From Candidatus Staskawiczbacteria bacterium (GTDB lineage Bacteria; Patescibacteriota; Minisyncoccia; Minisyncoccales; Staskawiczbacteraceae), in assembly GCA_023245155.1 (NCBI GenBank), contig JAHFKV010000001.1:331034-395033 (forward strand): a DNA stretch of 64,000 nucleotides, in the 5' to 3' direction. How positions within the stretch are numbered: the first letter of the stretch is position 1; the number at the start of each line of letters is the position of its first letter. Below, one piece after another: positions 63,297 through 64,000 of this stretch. The position numbers were made by a program, and so were the translations under genes. The notes beneath the pieces are model-generated. The model was not told the DNA's origin, ran no database searches, and worked only from the letters and a program-made list of their open reading frames with translations.

Positions 63297-64000
63297 ATGC
63301 AAAATAGGTCGAAAATAATCTTAATAGTCTTAGGAATTTCCGTCTTATTAACGGGTCTTAGTTTTCTTTTTAATAGTAATGGAACTTTCGGTGGCAACTT
63401 ATCTGGTTATCGCGGTTTTCCTGGTCATTTCTATGAATTCAATAGAGGTTCTACCACTATTTTGTGGTCCAATTTCTTTTCGGATGTAATTTATTATATA
63501 TTTTTTATTTCTGCATTTTTGTACTTAATTAAAATGGGTTTTAAGGGCGGTAAATGGTGGCCATTGATTATTGTGATTGTAGGAAGTATCACTTTTCTAT
63601 TGATTAGTTTAGGAAAATCTAGTCAATGTGTAGCTGGTTTTCCTATAGAGTTTTATGTGAAATGCGAAGGAGAAGGTAATATAGGGGCGAGTTATATTTT
63701 ATTTGGATTACTTTTTGATTATGTGTTTTGTTTTTCAATATTTGCAATATTGATTAGTAGTCTATTTGCATTTTTTGATTTAAGTCGATTCAAAAGTTTT
63801 CTTATTCACAGAGACATGCGCATTACTTTTATTGGTGCATGTATAACTTTTACTCTCTTTACTTTGCTTCAAATTATTGGTTCTTCCAGTGAGAAATCAG
63901 GACTATGGATTGTTGGGACGATTATTTTTGGAATACTATCTTTATTAATGTATTTTCACTACCGAAAGAAACCTGAAAATGAAGGCCGAAAACTGTTTTT
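63297..64000 (+). CDS. AT-rich polytopic membrane protein, 3'-truncated by the window edge
   Basis: The frame is open from the ATG at 63297 to the window end. It is absent from the ORF track because no stop is reached. It has multiple hydrophobic helices. Confidence 0.5.
   Translation, partial: MQNRSKIILIVLGISVLLTGLSFLFNSNGTFGGNLSGYRGFPGHFYEFNRGSTTILWSNFFSDVIYYIFFISAFLYLIKMGFKGGKWWPLIIVIVGSITFLLISLGKSSQCVAGFPIEFYVKCEGEGNIGASYILFGLLFDYVFCFSIFAILISSLFAFFDLSRFKSFLIHRDMRITFIGACITFTLFTLLQIIGSSSEKSGLWIVGTIIFGILSLLMYFHYRKKPENEGRKLF

Noticed and set aside
1-64000. CRISPR arrays, rRNA genes, prophage structural genes, and alternative genetic code (UGA recoding)
   Set aside because: I noticed no regularly spaced short direct repeats or rRNA-like conserved blocks. 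TGA clearly functions as a stop in ATGA overlaps at 3244-47, 10595-98 and 23387-90, so the code is the standard code 11.

Overview
The window is a gene-dense chromosomal segment, transcribed almost entirely from the plus strand. I infer a small-genome bacterium of Patescibacteria/CPR type. The code is standard, because TGA acts as a stop in ATGA gene overlaps. The backbone is housekeeping: secD/secF, a compact pgk, a recJ-like gene, rnhA, RNase P RNA (minus strand), murJ, lepA, rsmE, glmS, a split transketolase, two ABC exporters, a ZIP transporter, an LtaS-like gene, a single-chain PheRS, gyrB and tag. There is also an ECF-sigma plus MacAB-type efflux block. Four kinds of accessory content are embedded in this backbone. 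(1) A complete diversity-generating retroelement (DGR) lies at about 39.66-42.30 kb. It has a GC-rich 198-aa target with a 110-bp VR, and a 110-bp TR that differs from the VR only at adenines. It also has an inverted avd, a DGR-type reverse transcriptase, and a G9 tract in the 34-bp avd/RT gap. (2) An AT-rich island at 17.9-21.3 kb carries a type II R-M pair and an orphan ABC-type ATPase, and ends at a flavoprotein gene stump. (3) An AT-rich, tightly packed six-gene enzyme operon sits directly downstream of tRNA-Met(CAT)/tRNA-Asp(GTC) at 27.3-33.1 kb. It encodes a minimal NTase, a KMO-like flavin monooxygenase, a CYTH protein, a Gmk-like kinase, a group II PLP decarboxylase and a GHMP/beta-RFAP-synthase-like protein. 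I cannot map it to a known pathway. (4) Several GC-rich single-gene mini-cassettes each carry their own near-consensus promoter and intrinsic terminator. I saw no CRISPR array, rRNA, integrase or transposase. All compositional statements are by eye and were not computed.
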